Below are positions 1 through 13,040 of a stretch of DNA of 64,000 nt, in pieces. The notes below the pieces were generated by a model. That model ran no database searches and was not told the origin of the DNA. It saw nothing but the letters and a program-made list of their open reading frames with translations. This stretch comes from Escherichia coli (GTDB lineage: Bacteria > Pseudomonadota > Gammaproteobacteria > Enterobacterales > Enterobacteriaceae): NCBI RefSeq assembly GCF_011045215.1, contig NZ_CP049201.1; one strand, written 5' to 3'. Both the position numbers and the translations under genes were made by a program. How positions within the stretch are numbered: position 1 is the stretch's first letter; the number at the start of each line of letters is the position of its first letter.

Positions 1-617
1 AGCGTCAGCAGGCCGTTGACGACCAGGTAAATAATCCCTGCCGCACCGAACACCATTACATCGTAGGTGCGTCCGTACAACAACTGGCTGTATCCCATCA
101 CTTCCATCAGCGTAATGGTGTAAGCCAGAGAGGTACTTTTGAACACCAGCACCACTTCGTTGGAATAAGAAGAGAGCGAGCGTTTAAAGGCATACGGCAG
201 CAGGATCGCCAGCGTATCTTTTTTGCTCATTCCCAGGGCGCTACAGGACTGCCACTGACCTTCTGGGATCGCACGAATTGCACCGTAAAACAGCTGCGTG
301 GTATACGCCGCACTGTTCAGCGATAACGCAATCAGCGCACATAACCACGGTTCTGACAACAAATGCCACAGTGCCGGATACTCCTGCAAAGTCGGAAACT
401 GGCCCGGCCCGTAATAAATCAGGAAGATCTGCACCAGCAGCGGCGTACCGGTAAACAGCGTGATATAACCCCGCACCAGCCACACCAGCACCGGCGTTTT
501 CAGCGTCAGGATGATGGTAAAAATCAATGCCAGAATCAGTGCCACAATCAGCGAGGCAACGGTTAGCGTCAGGCTGGTGTGTAGCCCTTTCATCAGTTCG
601 GGTAAATACTCAAACAT
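1..617 (-). CDS. artM: Arginine ABC transporter permease ArtM (3' end cut by window start)
   Basis: Minus-strand start at 615-617 reads [21 protein letters not shown]; start overlaps artQ stop; conserved art operon order. Confidence 0.85.
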   Translation of the reverse strand, partial: MFEYLPELMKGLHTSLTLTVASLIVALILALIFTIILTLKTPVLVWLVRGYITLFTGTPLLVQIFLIYYGPGQFPTLQEYPALWHLLSEPWLCALIALSLNSAAYTTQLFYGAIRAIPEGQWQSCSALGMSKKDTLAILLPYAFKRSLSSYSNEVVLVFKSTSLAYTITLMEVMGYSQLLYGRTYDVMVFGAAGIIYLVVNGLLT

Positions 618-1333
618 TAGCTGGGCCTCCGCTCAAAACGTGTCGCGCGCAGGTCAATGCGTTTGAGAATGTACTGACTGAGCAGGGTGATCACCAGGTA
701 AATCGCCGCCGCCACAATGTACCAGGTAAATGGTTCCTGGGTACGAGTAGCGATGCTTTTTGTTTGCAGCATTAAATCATTCACACTAATCAAACTGACC
801 AGCGCGGTATCTTTCAGCAGCACCAGCCACTGGTTACCGAGGCCAGGCAGCGCATGACGCCACATCTGCGGCATCACCAGACGGAAAAAGATAGCCGATT
901 TCGACAGCCCCAGCGCCTGACCAGACTCCCACTGACCCACCGGCACCGCTTTCAACGCGCCCCGAAGCGTTTGCGAGGCATAGGCGGCATACAGCAGTGA
1001 CAGAGCGATGACACCACAAAGGAACGGGCTAACGTCGAAGTTCTCAATGTCCATCTGCACTGGGATCTGCACGAACCCAAGATTGATAGTGAAGCCATCC
1101 GAAAGCGTCAGCAGCAGCTGCGAGGAGCCAAAATAGATAAACAGCACCACCAGAATTTCTGGCAGGCCACGCAGAATGGTTACCAGCGCTGAACCTGCCC
1201 ACGCGACAGGACGCCATTTTGCCGACTCCCATACCGCAAAGAACATCGCCAGCGCCAGCCCGACAATCAATGCACAAACGGCAAGGCCGACGGTCATCCC
1301 GGCGGCGCTTGCTAAAGGAAAAAATTCATTCAT
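617..1333 (-). CDS. artQ: Arginine ABC transporter permease ArtQ
   Basis: 238-aa ORF with ABC permease features, between artM and artI. Confidence 0.9.
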
Positions 1334-1339
1334 CAGGAA

Positions 1340-2071
1340 TTACTTCTGGAACCATTTGTTGTAGATGGTTTCGTAAGTGCCATCTTTCTTCACTTTTTCC
1401 AGCGCAGTGTTGAGTTTCTGCTGCAGCTCAGTGTTGCCCTGACGTACCGCGATGCCGAGGCCAGTGCCGAAGTAATCTTTATCGGTCACTTTGTCGCCCA
1501 CCGCCGCCAGTTTCGGGTTATCTTTCAGCCACTCAGTGACCACTGCGGTGTCACCGAAGACGCCGTCGATACGCCCGTTTTGCAGATCCAGTTTTGCGTT
1601 CTGGTAGCTGTCATACGGAACGGTAGTGATTTCCGGGTGCTTATCCATAATGAATTTCTGGTGTGTCGTCCCGTTCTGTACGCCGACTTTTTTGCCTTTC
1701 AGCTGATCAACACTGGTGTATTTGCCTTGCTGACCCACAAACAGGGCAGAGTTGTCATAGTACGGGGTGGTAAACAGCACCTGCTTTTCACGCTCCGGAG
1801 TGATATCCATGCCCGCCATCACGGCTTCTACGCGACGGAATTTCAGGCTTGGGATCAGGCTGTCAAACGCCTGGTTAGAGAAAGTGCAGGTTGCATCAAT
1901 CTCTTTACACAGCGCTTGTGCCAGGTCGACGTCAAAACCAACGATCTGGTTGTTTGCATCAATCGATTCAAACGGAGGATAGGAGGCTTCGGTAGCAAAA
2001 CGAATGGTTTCGGCAGCTGTGGCGGAAAGACTAAAACCTGCAATTAACGCGGCAATCAGAACTTTTTTCAT
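1340..2071 (-). CDS. artI: Arginine-binding periplasmic protein ArtI
   Basis: 243-aa ORF with N-terminal signal peptide (MKKVLIAALIAGFSLSATA) and periplasmic binding protein character. Confidence 0.9.
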   Translation of the reverse strand: MKKVLIAALIAGFSLSATAAETIRFATEASYPPFESIDANNQIVGFDVDLAQALCKEIDATCTFSNQAFDSLIPSLKFRRVEAVMAGMDITPEREKQVLFTTPYYDNSALFVGQQGKYTSVDQLKGKKVGVQNGTTHQKFIMDKHPEITTVPYDSYQNAKLDLQNGRIDGVFGDTAVVTEWLKDNPKLAAVGDKVTDKDYFGTGLGIAVRQGNTELQQKLNTALEKVKKDGTYETIYNKWFQK

Positions 2072-2088
2072 TGTTGTTATCCCGAATC

Positions 2089-2817
2089 TTAGTGAGAGAG
2101 ATAGTTTTTAAATGCTTCGGTTTGCGGCTCGGTAAAGCAGCTCGCGTCGCCTTGTTCTACGATATGACCATTTTCCATATACACCACTCGGCTGGCGGTT
2201 TTACGCGCCACTTCAACTTCGTGGGTGACGATCACCTGGGTAATATTCGTTTCTGCCAGCTCACGAATGATGCTGACGATTTGTGCCGTAATTTCCGGGT
2301 CCAGTGCGGCGGTCGGTTCATCGAACAGCAGTACCTGCGGTTCCATCATCAACGCACGGGCAATAGCAACACGCTGCTGCTGACCACCAGAAAGATGCAG
2401 CGGGTAACGATCGCTATAAGGTTTGAGACGCAGACGTTCCAGCAGTTTTTCTGCACGGGCCAGCGCCTGATCTTTACTCAACCCCAGTACACGGCAGGGC
2501 GCTTCAATCAGGTTTTGCTGCACGGTCAGATGCGGCCACAGGTTGTATTGCTGAAACACCATGCCAACGTTACGACGCAAATCGCGAATCGCTTTGTCAG
2601 AGGGTGTTTTGGTGAAATCGAAATGGTTGCCTGCAATGTTGAGCGTACCGGAGCGCGGCATCTCAAGCAGATTGAGTACACGCAGCAGCGAGCTTTTACC
2701 CGCGCCGCTGGGGCCAAGTAACACCAGCGTTTCGCCCTGTGGGCAATCCAGCGTGATATCGAACAGCGCCTGATGCGCGCCGTAGAAGCAATTAATGCCG
2801 TTTAATTGAATACTCAT
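2089..2817 (-). CDS. artP: Arginine ABC transporter ATP-binding protein ArtP
   Basis: Walker A GPSGAGKS and ABC signature LSGGQQQR; internal start MSIQLNG (242 aa) preferred over the 275-aa extended ORF. Confidence 0.88.
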
Positions 2818-3034
2818 TGACACTCGTATACTGGCAGTCTGATAGCTATTGAGGTCGAAGATAGTACCTTTGACAGAATAATTATGCAATATTTCTGCTT
2901 TAAAAGTTAAAAGCAAAGCGCATTATTCAATAAACATAGCACAAAATAACGGGGGCGGTGGTCGGCGAGCATAAATGTCGGCATTCCTCACGAAATGCCG
3001 GACAATTTACGGGGTTTATTGGTTGATCAAGGCG

Positions 3035-3550
3035 TTAGCGATTCTCGATGGACTGACGGAGCGTACCCGCCGTGGCATGAACGCTACCGCCTAAGTAACG
3101 CACATCGTCGATGACCCAACACTGGCCTTCCTGAATCATTAACACTTCATCCTGCCAACCCTGGTCACCCTGTTTGAGATCCACGCGCAATGGAATGTTA
3201 CGGGCATCACGATTAGGGATAGTCGATGCACTGGCAACGTGGGCGCTATCTGGCAAGGTGGTTCGACTGGAGAATGGATCGTTGGTCAGTAGTTCCCGAT
3301 GGTTATTATCCCGGGAGGCATCGCTAAGCAGTGTCGCCAGTTTGTCGCTCAGATAAGGGCGCAAGGCGGTGATGTCGTTGCTGCGGTGCAAAATGCGGTA
3401 GTCATAAAATTGCTGGGCCACGTTATCCGGGCCTCCTTCAACGCAATGACCACTGCGTGTGCCGTTATCTTTATAAGCTGGAGTGACTGTGGTGCAGGCA
3501 CTGAGGAGCAGTGCGCAGGGGATAAGCATTGTCAATTTGCTGTAGCGCAT
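3035..3550 (-). CDS. ybjP: Lipoprotein YbjP
   Basis: 171-aa ORF with lipobox (LLLSAC) signal; synteny. Confidence 0.8.
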   Translation of the reverse strand: MRYSKLTMLIPCALLLSACTTVTPAYKDNGTRSGHCVEGGPDNVAQQFYDYRILHRSNDITALRPYLSDKLATLLSDASRDNNHRELLTNDPFSSRTTLPDSAHVASASTIPNRDARNIPLRVDLKQGDQGWQDEVLMIQEGQCWVIDDVRYLGGSVHATAGTLRQSIENR

Positions 3551-3675
3551 AATGATTTCCTTATAAGCGATCGCTCTGAAAGCGTTCTACGATAATAATG
3601 ATATCCTTTCAATAATAGCGTATCAGTCTGATAATGCTTTTGAGATCGAAGGCTTAGCAAACAAGGAGATCGATC

Positions 3676-3999
3676 ATGCAATTTTCTACAACCCCAACTC
3701 TGGAAGGCCAGACCATCGTTGAATATTGCGGTGTGGTGACCGGCGAAGCGATTTTAGGTGCCAATGTTTTCCGTGATTTCTTTGCCGGTATCCGCGATAT
3801 CGTTGGCGGACGTTCCGGTGCGTATGAAAAAGAACTGCGTAAAGCACGGGAGATCGCCTTTGAGGAATTAGGCTCCCAGGCGCGGGCGCTGGGGGCCGAT
3901 GCCGTCGTCGGTATTGATATCGACTACGAAACGGTCGGGCAAAACGGCAGTATGCTGATGGTTAGCGTCAGCGGTACGGCGGTGAAAACGCGTCGATGA
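3676..3999 (+). CDS. ybjQ: UPF0145 family protein YbjQ
   Basis: 107-aa ORF; stop overlaps amiD start (ATGA). Confidence 0.8.
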   Translation: MQFSTTPTLEGQTIVEYCGVVTGEAILGANVFRDFFAGIRDIVGGRSGAYEKELRKAREIAFEELGSQARALGADAVVGIDIDYETVGQNGSMLMVSVSGTAVKTRR

Positions 4000-4826
4000 G
4001 AAGAGTCTTCTGGCTGGTCGCTGCCGCTCTGTTATTGGCAGGGTGTGCAGGCGAAAAAGGCATTGTCGAGAAAGAGGGATATCAGCTTGATACCCGACGC
4101 CAGGCGCAGGCGGCGTATCCGCGCATTAAAGTGCTGGTGATCCACTACACCGCAGATGATTTTGATAGCTCGCTGGCGACACTGACCGATAAGCAGGTCA
4201 GCTCGCATTATCTGGTCCCTGCGGTACCACCGCGATACAACGGTAAACCGCGCATCTGGCAACTGGTGCCGGAACAAGAACTGGCCTGGCATGCGGGGAT
4301 TAGCGCCTGGCGCGGGGCAACGCGCCTTAACGACACCTCTATTGGCATTGAGCTGGAAAACCGTGGCTGGCAAAAATCGGCCGGAGTGAAATATTTTGCC
4401 CCGTTTGAACCGGCACAGATTCAGGCGCTTATTCCACTGGCGAAAGATATTATTGCCCGTTATCACATCAAGCCGGAAAACGTAGTGGCACATGCGGATA
4501 TCGCACCGCAGCGCAAAGACGATCCGGGGCCATTATTTCCCTGGCAGCAACTGGCGCAGCAGGGGATTGGTGCCTGGCCGGATGCGCAGCGGGTTAACTT
4601 TTACCTTGCCGGGCGCGCGCCGCACACACCGGTAGATACCGCGTCATTGCTGGAGCTTTTGGCGCGCTACGGTTATGACGTTAAACCTGATATGACACCG
4701 CGCGAGCAGCGGCGCGTGATTATGGCATTCCAGATGCATTTCCGCCCGACGTTATATAACGGCGAAGCGGATGCAGAAACTCAGGCGATTGCCGAAGCAT
4801 TGCTGGAGAAATACGGGCAGGATTAG
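3996..4826 (+). CDS. amiD: N-acetylmuramoyl-L-alanine amidase AmiD (lipoprotein)
   Basis: 276-aa ORF with lipoprotein signal (LLLAGCAG) and amidase_2-like core. Confidence 0.85.
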   Translation: MRRVFWLVAAALLLAGCAGEKGIVEKEGYQLDTRRQAQAAYPRIKVLVIHYTADDFDSSLATLTDKQVSSHYLVPAVPPRYNGKPRIWQLVPEQELAWHAGISAWRGATRLNDTSIGIELENRGWQKSAGVKYFAPFEPAQIQALIPLAKDIIARYHIKPENVVAHADIAPQRKDDPGPLFPWQQLAQQGIGAWPDAQRVNFYLAGRAPHTPVDTASLLELLARYGYDVKPDMTPREQRRVIMAFQMHFRPTLYNGEADAETQAIAEALLEKYGQD

Positions 4827-5836
4827 CGCGGCAGTTTTCCGTGGTCGCGTAGCCAGGCGGCAGTTTTCTCGATACCTTCATCCAGGGTGATGACCGGCTG
4901 ATAACCTAACTCTTCCTGCGCACGCGTAATATCCAGCGTAAAGTCAAAATTCAACTTGGAGACGCCGTAGTGGGTCAGCGGCGGCTCTTTTGCTGACTTG
5001 CGGCCTAAACGCTCCATGCTGCGGGCGATCATATCCAGCATCGGGTAGGGGACGGAACGAATACGACAGTCAATATTCAACTCGTCGATCAGCTTCTGCA
5101 CGATGCTGCGCAGTGTGCGATGCTCGCCGTTGGTGATGTTGTACACACGCCCGGAAGGTAGCTTATCGCAGGCTTCCTGGCTTGCCAGCCACATTGCGTG
5201 CACGGCATTTTCATAGTAGGTCATATCGACCAGCGCACTGCCGCCATGCGGTAACAGAATACTGCCGTAGTGGTGCATCATATGCGCCAGACGGGGAATA
5301 AAGACTTTATCGTGCGGTCCGAACAGACTTTGTGGGCGCAGAATAGTAAAGCGCGTTTGTGGATTCGCCTGCGAAAGCATATTGATCACTTCTTCGCTGG
5401 CTGCTTTGCTGCGGGCAAACTCGTTGGCGAAGCGGTGAGGGCGAAAATCTTCTTTAATATCGCGATGGTGGTGATAATCGAAGTACAGGGAGGGGGAAGA
5501 GATATGAATAAAGTTACGCACACCCCAGGCGACAGCCCATTCACCCAGGCGGCGAGTGGCGCGAACGTTAGCCAGATCGAAAGCCTGTTGTGTCCCCCAG
5601 GGTGAGGTAAAGCTGGAGCAGTGCCACAGCGTATCAATGCCCGCGAGCATCACTTTAGCTTGTGATGAAACCAGCTCGGTCAGATCCGCCGGAACAAACT
5701 CTGCGCCCATTTTTTCCAGCAATTTGCCCATTGCCTCGTTGCGACCGGTCGCTCGCACGCTGATGCCTTTCTGGCATAAAAACTCTACCGCGTTTCGACC
5801 TAAGCCGCTGGTGGCGCCGGTAACCAGTACCTTCAT
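4823..5836 (-). CDS. ybjS: NAD-dependent epimerase/dehydratase family protein YbjS
   Basis: Rossmann motif [13 protein letters not shown] at the chosen internal start (337 aa); 3' end overlaps amiD convergently. Confidence 0.75.
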   Translation of the reverse strand: MKVLVTGATSGLGRNAVEFLCQKGISVRATGRNEAMGKLLEKMGAEFVPADLTELVSSQAKVMLAGIDTLWHCSSFTSPWGTQQAFDLANVRATRRLGEWAVAWGVRNFIHISSPSLYFDYHHHRDIKEDFRPHRFANEFARSKAASEEVINMLSQANPQTRFTILRPQSLFGPHDKVFIPRLAHMMHHYGSILLPHGGSALVDMTYYENAVHAMWLASQEACDKLPSGRVYNITNGEHRTLRSIVQKLIDELNIDCRIRSVPYPMLDMIARSMERLGRKSAKEPPLTHYGVSKLNFDFTLDITRAQEELGYQPVITLDEGIEKTAAWLRDHGKLPR

Positions 5837-5934
5837 ATCAATCCACTGTTGTTGAGAAAATAACGTGCGCATTCTTCCGTGATTTCCCCCATGATGCAAT
5901 GGGAAACATGAAAGAATAACGCAGGTTTTGTCGA

Positions 5935-7365
5935 TTAATCTGTGCTTTGTTCTGCCAGTCTGGCGATTTGTTTTGCCATTCCGCGAAAAATAAACAGATG
6001 CGCGGGGATCATCAATAACCAGTAAAACAGCCCCGGCATACCGTGCGGATGCCAGAAAGCGCGGACATCGATAGTACGATAGTCGCCTTTATCTTCCAGG
6101 CTAAAACACAGTCGTCCCAGCCCCGGCGCTTTCATGCCAAATAACAACGTAAGTTGTTTTTCCGGTTCAACGACAATCACTTTCCAGCTATCTACCGCAT
6201 CGCCAGTCTGTAAATATTCGCGCTCCGGGCGGCCTTTCGCCAGCTTATGACCGATCGCGCGGTCCATCAACGCCCGTGTCTGCCACAAAATATTGCCAAA
6301 GAAATAACGCTCTTTACCGCCGATTTGGTTCACTACCTGCCATAAAGCAGCAAGGCTGGCGGACGTTTTAACGGTAAACCCCGCCTGTTTGGCAAAATAA
6401 CCGTACTCCGGTCGCCAGCGGGCAAAGGCCTGAGCGTCGTAGCCCCAGTCGCTGGAGTTGACCAGTTTTTCCTCCTCTTTCAACGTGCTACGTACCGCGT
6501 CATCGAAAGCGATCAGCCGTTGTGGGATGAGTGCACGTAGCGCGGTATCATCCGCCAGCAGATCGTGTTTCAGCCCCTGAATCAACGCCCTGGCGGTGGT
6601 GGGCGGTACGGAAGTAATCACATTGAGAAACCATACCGAAATCCAGCGGGTGGGGAGGGGGATGGGGATCAACCAGCGGCGCTTACCGCTCACCGCCATA
6701 AAATGTTCAAACTGTTGCTGATAACTGAGCACCTCTGGTCCGGCGGCTTCGAAGATGCGGTGTTCGCTGGCCGGATGATCTAACAACGCCACCAGATAGT
6801 GCAGCAAGTTTTCCAGCGCGATGGGCGTGGTGCGTGAACGTACCCAGCGTGGCGGCGTTAACACTGGCAGGTTGTAGACCATATCGCGCATGACTTCGAA
6901 CGCCGCTGAACCTGCGCCAACGATAATTCCGGCCCGAAGTTCGGTCACAGGTACATTCGCTTCACGAAGAATGTCCGCCGTAGCCTGACGAGCACGCAGA
7001 TGATCCGACTGCTCATGTGGCGGGGCCTGCAACGAACTGAGAAAGATTAATTGCTTAACTGGTACTTCACGTAGCGCATCGCGGACGTTGAGAGCCACCT
7101 GGCGCTCCTGAGCGATAAAATCGCCGCCTTCGCCCATGCTGTGCACCAGAAAATAGACGGTATCGATATCCTGCAACAGGGCCGGAAGGTTATCCGGCCA
7201 GCTGAGATCGACTTTATGGCAACTGACGTTTGCCAGTTGCAGCTTTGCAAGCCTGTCGACATGACGTGCCGCCGCCAGGATCTGATGCCCTTGCTGGCTG
7301 AGTGTGCGCACCAGATGCTGGCCAATGTAGCCACTGGCACCGAGAACTAAAATGCGTTGCGGCAC
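5935..7365 (-). CDS. ybjT: NAD(P)-binding epimerase-like protein YbjT
   Basis: Rossmann motif [14 protein letters not shown]; GTG start at 7363-7365 chosen to give about 476 aa. Confidence 0.7.
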
Positions 7366-7375
7366 GTCTCTCTCC

Positions 7376-8377
7376 TTAACGCGCCAGGAATGCGCGCCAG
7401 TGGGCGGCGACTTCCGCCAGTTGTTCGCGCGAGACGTCAAGATGCGTCACCAGGCGGACAATCGGCGAGGCGTTAATCAGCACGTTTCTCGCTTTCATGT
7501 ATTCGCCTAACGCGGCAGCATTTTCTTCCCCGACGCGAACAAACAGCATATTAGTGTCCTGACGCATCACATCCGCGCCTGCTTCACGCAGTTGCTCCGC
7601 CATCCAGGCGGCGTTGTCGTGATCTTCCTGCAACCGTGCGACGTTATTTTTCAGGGCATATATTCCGGCGGCAGCCAGAATGCCGGACTGGCGCATCCCG
7701 CCACCTGTCATTTTCCGCCAGCGGATGGCACGTTTAATGTAATCACGATTACCGACGAGTAATGAACCGACTGGCGTCCCAAGACCTTTCGACAGGCAAA
7801 TGGTGAACGAATCACAATATTGCGTGATCTCTTTCAGTTCGCAGCCGTAAGCCACCACGGCATTAAAGATGCGCGCACCGTCAACATGCAGCGCCAGATT
7901 GCGCTCGCGGGTAAATTCCCATGCTTCTTTAAGGTATTCACGCGGCAACACTTTGCCGTTGTGGGTGTTTTCCAGACTGAGTAATTTGGTGCGGGCGAAA
8001 TGGATATCGTCGGGTTTGATTTTCATCGCCACTTTATCCAGCGGTAGCGTGCCGTCGGCAGCCGCGTCGATGGGTTGCGGTTGAATACTGCCCAGCACCG
8101 CTGCGCCACCGGCTTCAAACAGATAGTTATGCGCGGCCTGACCGACAATATACTCTTCGCCACGTTCGCAGTGACTGAGCAGAGCGACCAGGTTGGCCTG
8201 AGTGCCGGTCGGCAGAAAAATGGCGGCTTCTTTACCGGAAAGCTCTGCGGCGTAGTCCTGCAGAGCATTAACGGTAGGGTCGTCTCCGTAAACGTCGTCC
8301 CCAACCGGGGCGGCCATCATTGCTTCGAGCATGGCGCGGCTCGGTCGGGTAACGGTATCACTGCGTAAATCAATCAT
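7376..8377 (-). CDS. ltaE: Low-specificity L-threonine aldolase
   Basis: 333-aa ORF, PLP-dependent aldolase-like; synteny upstream of poxB. Confidence 0.88.
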   Translation of the reverse strand: MIDLRSDTVTRPSRAMLEAMMAAPVGDDVYGDDPTVNALQDYAAELSGKEAAIFLPTGTQANLVALLSHCERGEEYIVGQAAHNYLFEAGGAAVLGSIQPQPIDAAADGTLPLDKVAMKIKPDDIHFARTKLLSLENTHNGKVLPREYLKEAWEFTRERNLALHVDGARIFNAVVAYGCELKEITQYCDSFTICLSKGLGTPVGSLLVGNRDYIKRAIRWRKMTGGGMRQSGILAAAGIYALKNNVARLQEDHDNAAWMAEQLREAGADVMRQDTNMLFVRVGEENAAALGEYMKARNVLINASPIVRLVTHLDVSREQLAEVAAHWRAFLAR

Positions 8378-8413
8378 GGCATGTCCTTATTATGACGGGA
8401 AATGCCACCCTTT

Positions 8414-10132
8414 TTACCTTAGCCAGTTCGTTTTCGCCAGTTCGATCACTTCATCGCCGCGTCCGCTGATGATTGCGCGCAACATATACAGGCTGAAACC
8501 TTTGGCCTGTTCGAGTTTGATCTGCGGTGGAATGGCTAACTCTTCTTTGGCGACCACCACATCCACCAGCACCGGACCGTCGATGGAGAAGGCGCGTTGC
8601 AGGGCTTCATCAACTTCAGACGCTTTTTCTACACGGATACCCGTAATGCCGCACGCTTCGGCAATGCGGGCAAAGTTTGTGTCGTGTAGTTCGGTGCCGT
8701 CAGTCAAATAGCCACCAGCTTTCATCTCCATCGCCACAAAGCCCAGCACGCTGTTGTTAAAGACGACAATTTTCACTGGCAGTTTCATCTGCACTACTGA
8801 GAGGAAATCGCCCATCAACATGCTAAAACCGCCATCGCCGCACATGGCGACCACCTGACGTTCTGGCTCTGTCGCCTGCGCACCCAGCGCCTGCGGCATG
8901 GCGTTAGCCATCGAACCGTGGTTAAACGAACCTAACAGGCGACGCTTGCCGTTCATTTTTAGATAACGTGCCGCCCACACCGTTGGCGTACCAACGTCAC
9001 AGGTGAAAATAGCGTCATCGGCGGCAAAATGACTAATTTGCTGCGCCAGATATTGCGGGTGAATGGCTTTCTCGCTCGGTTTAGCTAAATCGTCCAGCCC
9101 TTTGCGGGCGTCGCGGTAATCTTCCAGCGCTTTATCCAGAAACTTGCGATCGGCTTTTTCTTCCACCAATGGAAGCAATGCACGCAGAGTCGACTTGATA
9201 TCGCCGACCAGTGCCATATCCACCTTGCTGTGAGCGCCGATGCTGGCTGGGTTGATATCAATCTGAATGATTTTGGCATCGGTCGGGTAGAAGGCGCGGT
9301 AGGGAAATTGCGTGCCGAGTAGCACTAACGTGTCGGCGTTCATCATGGTATGGAAACCTGACGAGAAGCCGATTAACCCGGTCATTCCAACATCATACGG
9401 ATTATCGTATTCGACATGTTCTTTACCGCGCAGGGCATGAACAATAGGCGCTTTAATTTTCCCGGCAAACTCAACTAACTCTTTATGCGCCCCCGCGCAG
9501 CCGCTGCCACACATCAGGGCGATATTGCTGGAATAACGCAGCAGTTGCGCCAGTTTGCGTAACTCTTCTTCTTCCGGCGTCACGACTGGTTGTGGCGCAT
9601 GATACCAGTGCATGGTTGCCCCTTCTGGCGCAGGTTTTAACGCCACGTCGCCTGGTAACACGACAACCGAAACGCCACGGTTAAGCACCGCTTTGCGCAT
9701 GGCAATCGCCAGTACTTGTGGGATCTGCTCCGGGCTGGAAACCAGCTCGCAATAGTGACTACATTCGCGGAATAGCTCTTGTGGGTGGGTTTCCTGGAAA
9801 TAGCCGCTGCCAATTTCGCTGGAGGGAATATGAGCGGCAATCGCCAGTACCGGAACGTGATTGCGGTGGCAATCGAACAGGCCGTTGATTAAGTGCAGGT
9901 TGCCGGGGCCGCACGATCCGGCGCAGACCGCCAGTTCTCCGCTAAGTTGTGCTTCAGCGCCAGCGGCAAAGGCCGCCACTTCTTCGTGGCGGGTGGACAT
10001 CCACTCGATGGTGCCCATGCGATTAAGACTGTCACTAAGACCGTTCAGAGAGTCGCCTGTGACTCCCCAGATGCGTTTCACCCCTGCCGATTCGAGTGTT
10101 TTGGCGATATAAGCTGCAACCGTTTGTTTCAT
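8414..10132 (-). CDS. poxB: Pyruvate dehydrogenase (ubiquinone) / pyruvate oxidase
   Basis: 572-aa ORF of the thiamine-diphosphate enzyme family. Confidence 0.92.
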
Positions 10133-10264
10133 GGTTCTCCATCTCCTGAATGTGATAACGGTAACAAGTTTAGTTCATCTGACGGAGGGGGAAGGGATGG
10201 GAGAGAAAGGAGGCACTAACGGTTAAATAGCCCGATGAAAGGAATATCATCGGGCATAAGGCGA

Positions 10265-11233
10265 TTATGCGAGAACCAAATCCCCCTGCGGATGGCAGGA
10301 GCAGGCCAGTACGTAACCTTCAGCGATTTCGGCGTCGGTCAGCGTCATTGTACTGCTCACCGTATATTCACCGGAAACCACTTTTGTCTTACAGCAGCCG
10401 CAAACACCCGCACGGCAGGCAGCGACAACCGGAACGTTATTGCTTTCCAGCGCCTCCAGTAGCGTGGTGCCAACCGGGGCGTAAAATTCTCGTGCCGGTT
10501 GCAGTTTGGTGAATTTCAGACCGCTGGTCGCCGCTTCTGCTACTGGGGTGAAGAATTTCTCTTTAAAGAAACGCGTCACGCCGAGCGCTTTCACTTCCTG
10601 CTCTACCCAATCCATATACGGAGCCGGGCCGCAGGTCATCACGGTACGTGAAGCTAAGTCAGGAACGCGAGTCAGCAGTTCGCGAGTGAGACGACCAGCG
10701 ATAAAGCCTTCGGTAACGTTATTTTCCGCCACCAGCGTTACCGGATAGTTACGCCACTCATCGGCGAAAATAACATCCTGCGGCGTGCGCACGTTGTAGA
10801 TCACCTGTACATCGGCCTGTGGACGGTTCTTCGCCAGCCAGCGACGCATCGACATAATCGGCGTGACGCCGCAGCCTGCCGCCAGCAACAGGAATTTATC
10901 TTCTGCTTTATCGTCGCAGGTAAATTCCCCCATCGCGTCCGAAAGCCAGAGATAATCACCGCGTTTTACATCGCGCGTCAGCCACTGGGAGCCGACACCG
11001 TCATCAATCCGCCGCACGGTCAGGGTGATATATTCACTCACGCCTGGCGTGGAGGAAATGGTGTAAGCACGCAGCGTTTCCGCTGAGTTTCGCACGCTGA
11101 CCAGTGCATATTGCCCGGCGCGATATGGGTAGTAATCGTGGCAAATCAGGGAAATCGTCCACACATCCGGCGTTTCTTGCGTAATGTGATGAACCTGCAT
11201 CCGCCACGGGCATTGATTCGTTGGCATCGTCAT
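10265..11233 (-). CDS. hcr: NADH oxidoreductase for hybrid-cluster protein (Hcr)
   Basis: Ferredoxin-reductase fold with C-terminal 2Fe-2S cysteine motif CRAGVCGCCKTKV; directly downstream of hcp. Confidence 0.88.
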   Translation of the reverse strand: MTMPTNQCPWRMQVHHITQETPDVWTISLICHDYYPYRAGQYALVSVRNSAETLRAYTISSTPGVSEYITLTVRRIDDGVGSQWLTRDVKRGDYLWLSDAMGEFTCDDKAEDKFLLLAAGCGVTPIMSMRRWLAKNRPQADVQVIYNVRTPQDVIFADEWRNYPVTLVAENNVTEGFIAGRLTRELLTRVPDLASRTVMTCGPAPYMDWVEQEVKALGVTRFFKEKFFTPVAEAATSGLKFTKLQPAREFYAPVGTTLLEALESNNVPVVAACRAGVCGCCKTKVVSGEYTVSSTMTLTDAEIAEGYVLACSCHPQGDLVLA

Positions 11234-11244
11234 CGACAAACTCC

Positions 11245-12897
11245 TTACGCGCTCAACAGTTGCTTCATGTCTTCTTCAACAGTGGTGATAGAACGCAGGC
11301 CGAATTTCTCGTTCAGCACCGCCAGCAGGTCTGGTGTCAGGAAACCAGGTGCAGTCGGGCCGGTGACGATATTTTTCACGCCCAGAGAAAGCAGCGTCAG
11401 CAGAATGACGATCGCTTTCTGTTCAAACCAGGAGAGCACCAGCGACAGCGGCAGATCGTTCACACCACAGCCCAGTTTCTCTGCCAGAGTGACAGCCAGA
11501 ATAATCGCTGAGTAAGCATCGTTACATTGACCTGCATCTACCAGACGCGGCAGACCTTCGATATCGCCAAACTCAAGTTTGTTAAAGCGATATTTACCAC
11601 AGGCGAGGGTCAGGATCAGGCAGTCATCCGGCACGCTGGTGGCGAAATCGGTGAAGTAGTGGCGCTCGCCGCGTGCGCCGTCACAGCCACCAAGCAGGAA
11701 GATATGACGCAGTTTTTCACGGCTCACCAGATCAATCAGCGTATTAGCAGCGCCAAGCAGCGTCTGGCGACCAAAACCCACGGTGATAAGGTGCGGAATT
11801 TCGCTGTACGGGAAGCCTGCCATCTGTTGCGCCTGGGTGATAACCGCAGAGAAATCATCACCGTCCAGATGACGCACGCCAGGCCAGCCAACAATGCTGC
11901 GGGTCCAGATACGATCGTCATAAGCGCCTACGGTTGGGTCGATGATGCAGTTCGAGGTCATCACGATGGGGCCAGGGAAACGAGCGAACTCCACTTGCTG
12001 ATTCTGCCAGCCGCTGCCGTAGTTACCGACCAGATGCTTGAATTTACGCAGCTCCGGGTAGCCATGCGCAGGCAGCATTTCGCCGTGGGTGTAAACATTA
12101 ACGCCCGTGCCTTCGGTCTGTTCCAGCAGGTTGTAGAGATCTTTGAGATCGTGACCGGAAATCAGGATGCATTTACCCGCCGTCGCTTTGACGTTGACCT
12201 GGGTTGGCGTCGGGTGACCGTATTTACCGGTTTCGCCTGCATCCAGAATGCTCATCACTTTGAAGTTCATCTGGCCGATTTCCATTGAACACTCAAGAAG
12301 CGCGTTCATATCGGCAGGCCAGGTCCCCAGCCACGCCATGATTTTATGATACTGGGCATAAATATCGTTGTCGTATTGACCGAGAACATGCGCGTGTTCC
12401 ATATAGGCCGCCGCACCTTTCAGGCCATACAGGCACAGCAGACGCAGGCCGAGAATGTTTTCGCCAATCGCCGCTTTATCTTTGTTAGGGGTAAATTCTG
12501 CTGCCTGACGTTGCAGCTCGCCGAGATCGTCGCTCACCAGTTGCAGGTCAGCCATCGGGTTATCGACGCGCGCGTTGGCATCTACAGCCAGGCATTGCGC
12601 TTTCAGCGCCTCGCGCAGGGCAATCGCTTCACGAGCGTAGCCGACAATACGCGGAGAATCGAAGTTAACGTTGGTCAGGGTTGAGAAAAAGGCACGTGGC
12701 GCGAAGCTGTCAACATCGTGGTTGATGATGCCGTATTCACGCGCTTTTACCGCCCAGGCAGAAAGCCCTTGCAGCGCCGCGATGAGTAAATCCTGAAGGT
12801 CAGAAGTTTCCGCCGTTTTACCACACATCCCCTGCGCGTATGAGCAGCCGTTTCCTGCCGGAGTACGGATAGTTTGTTCACATTGCACACAAAACAT
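11245..12897 (-). CDS. hcp: Hybrid-cluster protein (hydroxylamine reductase)
   Basis: N-terminal cysteine cluster MFCVQCEQT...[11 protein letters not shown]; 550 aa from the third Met. Confidence 0.9.
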   Translation of the reverse strand: MFCVQCEQTIRTPAGNGCSYAQGMCGKTAETSDLQDLLIAALQGLSAWAVKAREYGIINHDVDSFAPRAFFSTLTNVNFDSPRIVGYAREAIALREALKAQCLAVDANARVDNPMADLQLVSDDLGELQRQAAEFTPNKDKAAIGENILGLRLLCLYGLKGAAAYMEHAHVLGQYDNDIYAQYHKIMAWLGTWPADMNALLECSMEIGQMNFKVMSILDAGETGKYGHPTPTQVNVKATAGKCILISGHDLKDLYNLLEQTEGTGVNVYTHGEMLPAHGYPELRKFKHLVGNYGSGWQNQQVEFARFPGPIVMTSNCIIDPTVGAYDDRIWTRSIVGWPGVRHLDGDDFSAVITQAQQMAGFPYSEIPHLITVGFGRQTLLGAANTLIDLVSREKLRHIFLLGGCDGARGERHYFTDFATSVPDDCLILTLACGKYRFNKLEFGDIEGLPRLVDAGQCNDAYSAIILAVTLAEKLGCGVNDLPLSLVLSWFEQKAIVILLTLLSLGVKNIVTGPTAPGFLTPDLLAVLNEKFGLRSITTVEEDMKQLLSA

Positions 12898-13040
12898 GAT
12901 CACACCTTTTAAAGTTATATTTAATATACATGTTTAAGGTTAAGACGCTTAACGCGGGGATAAAAGGGATTTTTCATGCAACTTTAAGGGAGATTGATTT
13001 AGCGCAATTTTGGCGGCAGGGATCTACCGCCAGAGAGGTA

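Noticed and set aside
2071-2721. 216-aa plus-strand ORF antisense to artP (similar antisense ORFs in hcp 11527-12288 and clpA 23787-24302)
   Set aside because: Fully embedded antisense to well-supported conserved genes; no independent support.
2089-2916. 275-aa extended form of the artP ORF
   Set aside because: The N-terminal 33 codons run into the upstream intergenic region; the internal Met giving 242 aa begins the recognisable ABC-ATPase N-terminus.
12994-13007. FNR-like half-site TTGATTTAGCGCAA upstream of hcp
   Set aside because: hcp is anaerobically regulated, but this site matches only one FNR half-site well and its spacing to the promoter was not verified; too weak to report as a feature.
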